NCBI GenBank assembly: GCA_964036045.1
Contig: OZ038378.1
Span: 43,710,001-43,774,000, forward strand
Direction of reading: 5' to 3'
Length of the DNA: 64,000 nucleotides
Source of the DNA: Eutreptiella sp. 'Long Island Sound 2002'
Taxonomy: Eukaryota; Protista; Euglenida
In this document: positions 60,521 through 64,000 of the stretch, in pieces
How positions within the stretch are numbered: the stretch's first letter is position 1
Layout of the letters: every line of letters begins with the position of its first letter
The notes under the pieces: generated by a model
The model's input: the letters and a program-made list of their open reading frames with translations, nothing else
Told to the model about the DNA's origin: nothing
Databases searched by the model: none
Position numbers and translations under genes: made by a program

Positions 60521-62829
60521 GGATCCCTGCCCTACAACAGGAGGGGAGGGTATTGAGGTCTAATTTCCTTCAGTTTTCGGCAAATTGTCGCTATTTTGTT
60601 TCCGCAAGTGTTGTTGTCTTGTCCATCTTGCGTGCTTGTTGTTGTCAACCGGCAAATGTATGACTATGCACATTTACTGCAGAACAAATAATCTTCATTC
60701 CTCTCAACAACTCAATATGAGTACATGGTTCCTTCGTCTGCCACAGGGTCATGCTGCAATGTGTGTCTGTCAATCTGCGAATGTCATTTGCTTGTGTGCA
60801 ACCTGTTACCATACTCTGTTTCCCATTTGTTGCACCCAGCAATGTGGCATCATCATCTGAGACACTCTCTCCTGGGCAAGTGGCCGAGGAGGTCATTGCG
60901 TATGGTCCCTGGAAGAGGAAACGTGGGGCAGGTTGTGGGGGTGCAGGGGCAATGGTGCGTGGGTTTTGCAGCATGTCCCCATGGCAGAGGAAGGAACAAT
61001 ACCCTCATGAGCCATGTGAGGCAGCAGTTGTGCAACACCTGCATCTCACCAACAAAAGATGTTTGTGCAGTCGCAAATTGACAGCAAGTGGCACCAACAA
61101 GCATGCAAGATGGACAAGCTTCGGCAGCAAAACGTGCAAAACAAGCCCAAGCAACCCCAATGGGGCAGGTACAGCGCGCGGTGCGATGTGCGGTGTATGC
61201 GCGGTGCGCGGTCTTTTGGGTAGTGCGGTTGACTCTTTTCCCATAATTCTCCCTTGTGCTTTTTCTCCCTTGTGCTTTTTCTCAGTACCTCACCGGCCCT
61301 GTAGCACGCCCCCGGTGAGCCTGTCTGCCGTGGCTGCGGGATAGGGCGCCAAGTTAGGTTGCGATGGCTCTGGCGATGGTGGACAATAATCACGGGTGCC
61401 TCAACCCCTCCCCCGCAGGGAAAACCACAACCCACAATCAGAGGCACAAACGTTTTCCGCGGAAGCGCACATAGGGCGACGGGGCGAGGGTGTGCACATT
61501 GTTTGCATTGTGTGCCAAATAATAATTGTTGCTTGTTGTTTCATGCCACTTCTCCCCCAGGAAGTGTTCCATAGTCTTTTCTTCTATTTCATTCGATGCC
61601 TCCTCCACACCGTGCGAATCAGAAGGCACAATGCCACCGTCTACGATCCGTTGATGTGAATCTGTCCGCGGTGTTGGGCCGTGCTAGAGAGCGGATCCTT
61701 CTCCTTTCATCATCAACCAATGGCCCCCTCCGTCAGGGGGTGTGGGTGGCTACACCCACCATGCAATTGCTGAGGAGGATGGAGTGGAGGCCTCCATTGT
61801 TGTATGCTTACCCCTTAGGCCACCGCGTCCCTGACAACCTGAAAAATCACTGAAATTTTTCAAGACTACAATGGAAAGAGCGCGCACGTTGCACGCGGTG
61901 TACACACCTCCCCCAATGCAAGATGTGCCACAACATGTCAACGTATCAGCGTATCAGCGCACTGGCGCAGCCAAATCTGCTGCATGTTGCCAGGACAAAC
62001 GAACTATGTTGTGCTGCTCAAGACGACTGAGTCCTGATGACTTTGGGTATGACAGTCCGTCCCTCAAGAGAACTTGGACCATCTCTGCGGGGTGCACACC
62101 AGCCGAAGTATACCACTCACCATGGGCCAAGCATCAGCACAAATTGAATGACAACCAAACTGCCTTTATTTCATGCACCAACTCCATGGTGATATTCAGG
62201 GCTCACTGCTGTAATTGTGATGCCATTGGACCAAGTTGTACGATGCAAAGAAAAAGCTTGAGCCACCTGTTTGCCTGATTGTGGCTGTGCTTGCACAAGG
62301 GGTATGGAGGGTATCTTGCATGGCCACCAGCAATTACGATTTTGGTTGCGAGGGGGTGGAGGATTAGCCATCTCCCCCTCTGCCCTTGCACTGGACCTCA
62401 CTTGGCACATTCAAATATCCACATGAACACCATTTGATGGATGGTGCTGCCCCCCTTCAAGTACGCTGGTGTTGCATTGGGTGGGTATGAAGGGTGGCTC
62501 ACAGTGAACCAGGCATTTGAACTGCTGATGCAAGAGGTATTCCGATGGGTGAGAGTGCTGCCCAGATGATAGTGAAGGGTTGTTAGCTTAGTGGCATACA
62601 ATGGTTGACAGTGTTTGGCCTGGAAACGAACGTGGCTGGTGGAGAATGCACCAAATTTGGCCAGTAATGACCAGCGGTTGGCAGGCAACCGATGACAGTT
62701 GGCTGGTACCACGGTGTAAGGTGATGATAGATAGAATAAAAACTGTCTTGAGCTAAAGTGTGAGTTACGAGTTTATTTTTTATTCTTAAAAAATATTTCG
62801 AGCAGTTGATGGGGTGTTTATTTGAGGGG

Positions 62830-63340
62830 GTTTTTTTGGGAGGGCTAATTAGGAGGGGAAATTTTTGGAACTGGTCCTTAGAAATGAAGGAAAATTTTGG
62901 TATAAGGCCCCTGGCGGTTGCTACCTAGTGGATGATTGCTGTTATTTGCTGGTGCGTGCTGGATGATCTCTGTTATGTCCTGATGGGCTCTGGATGCTGA
63001 TATTTCCTGGTGCCCTCTAGATGGCTGCTGATATAGTATGCCCCCTGCTGGACTTGCACCACTTGCCACTGGCCCAGCCCCGGCTGGACATGCACCACTG
63101 TCCATCTGCATACCACTCTCCTTCTGCTGGGAATGTCGGCAGTCTTGAGCACCTACAGAGAACACAGTGTCAGTTGACACCACATCTCATCTCTATGCCG
63201 CGCATTCACACTGCATGCAGCGTGCAGAATACCCACCCCTCCTGCAACCCGTGCCTGGTGCACACATTTTGGCACATCGCATCCTTAAAGTTGAAGGAAA
63301 TATTTGGTACGAGGTGGGGCTTGGCGGCCCGAAAATTGCT
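62830..63340 (-). repeat. Inverted copy of the repeat family at 52500-52770 and 53480-53880
   Basis: cctacagagaacacagtgtcagtYgacaccRcatctcatctct and the minisatellite/ggggcct.ataccaaa.ttt.cc...aaaatttcccctcctaatt block occur in opposite orientation. Confidence 0.75.
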
Positions 63341-64000
63341 TTGCGGGGGGGGGGATGGCATGGGCGCCCGGCGAAGGAGGGGGGGGCGGGGGTTCCAGAA
63401 ATGGGCTTCCGTGCCGGGCCCTTTGTTTCGCGTAAGGACGGTTGTTGCCACCAAAGGTGCCGGAACACAAATTTTGGACTGGAAAATTTTTTTTCACTCA
63501 AAATTTTTCCCCCACGTATGTGTAGTCAAAATGATCAGCGCGACGTGGGGATCATTTTGAGCCATGTATGTTGGGGTCGGACCCCCCCCCCCTCCCCGGC
63601 ACGGCAGGCTGGGCAGCCCCAGCCCAAACCCCCCTCCTGGCACGGCGACCAAGGAGGGGGAGGGGTTGGTTGGGCAAATGGGCTTCCGTGCCATCCCCCC
63701 CCCGCAAAGCAATTTTCTTCCCGCCCTTCCAAATTTGTCCATATCAATTTTGTCCCTCCCTAAAATTTCCCCCTGTGGTAAGCGCCAGTGGTTGGCAACC
63801 TGCGGCCTGTTCTTGGAAAATAAAAATGGACAGCCCTTGGGGCGCGACATTGAGTTTTCAGGAGTGGTATTCATTTCTCGGACATTTGAATAACCAAGTG
63901 CCACTTGTTGCCCACCCACTTTCGTGGCCCGATCATCATCAGTGACCAGCCAACCACTGTCGCTCTAGTGCCGTGGAGTACTGCATTTTCTGTGGAAATG

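Overview
Eukaryotic, transposon-dense genomic DNA with nested, mostly decayed mobile elements. I found no rRNA, intact tRNA or CRISPR array. A flagellated protist, possibly a euglenid, is inferred from the one clear host gene and the repeat style; this is not demonstrated. Main contents: (1) three head-to-tail ~1.8-2.0 kb units (12871-29869) that start and end at the same nucleotide of the unit, each with an array of ~10 bipartite inverted-repeat motifs; (2) an 11.2 kb non-LTR retrotransposon inserted in unit 2 (15306-26514). Its APE-RT-RNase H ORF is followed by ~5 kb of extra reading frames, including an IAP-type RING finger missed by the ORF track and a Ulp1/C48-like cysteine protease; (3) a Ty3/Gypsy integrase whose chromodomain lies inverted next to LINE fragments (29870-33345); (4) a second APE-RT-RNase H LINE (36002-41855) interrupted by a 901 bp TA-TSD MITE; (5) a RAG1/Transib-like DDE transposase pseudogene (48154-49518); (6) a pogo/Tc5-type HTH fragment, MITEs and minisatellites; (7) a host EF-hand gene resembling outer dynein arm docking-complex DC3/LC4-like proteins (from 54015); (8) truncated RNase H LINE ends with a tRNA-like-head SINE candidate; (9) a minimal type I hammerhead ribozyme motif near 3 kb. 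The best candidate for a new system is the giant LINE carrying putative ubiquitin/SUMO-pathway writer (RING) and eraser (Ulp1-like) cargo. All family assignments come from motif recognition by eye and need HMM or structure confirmation.
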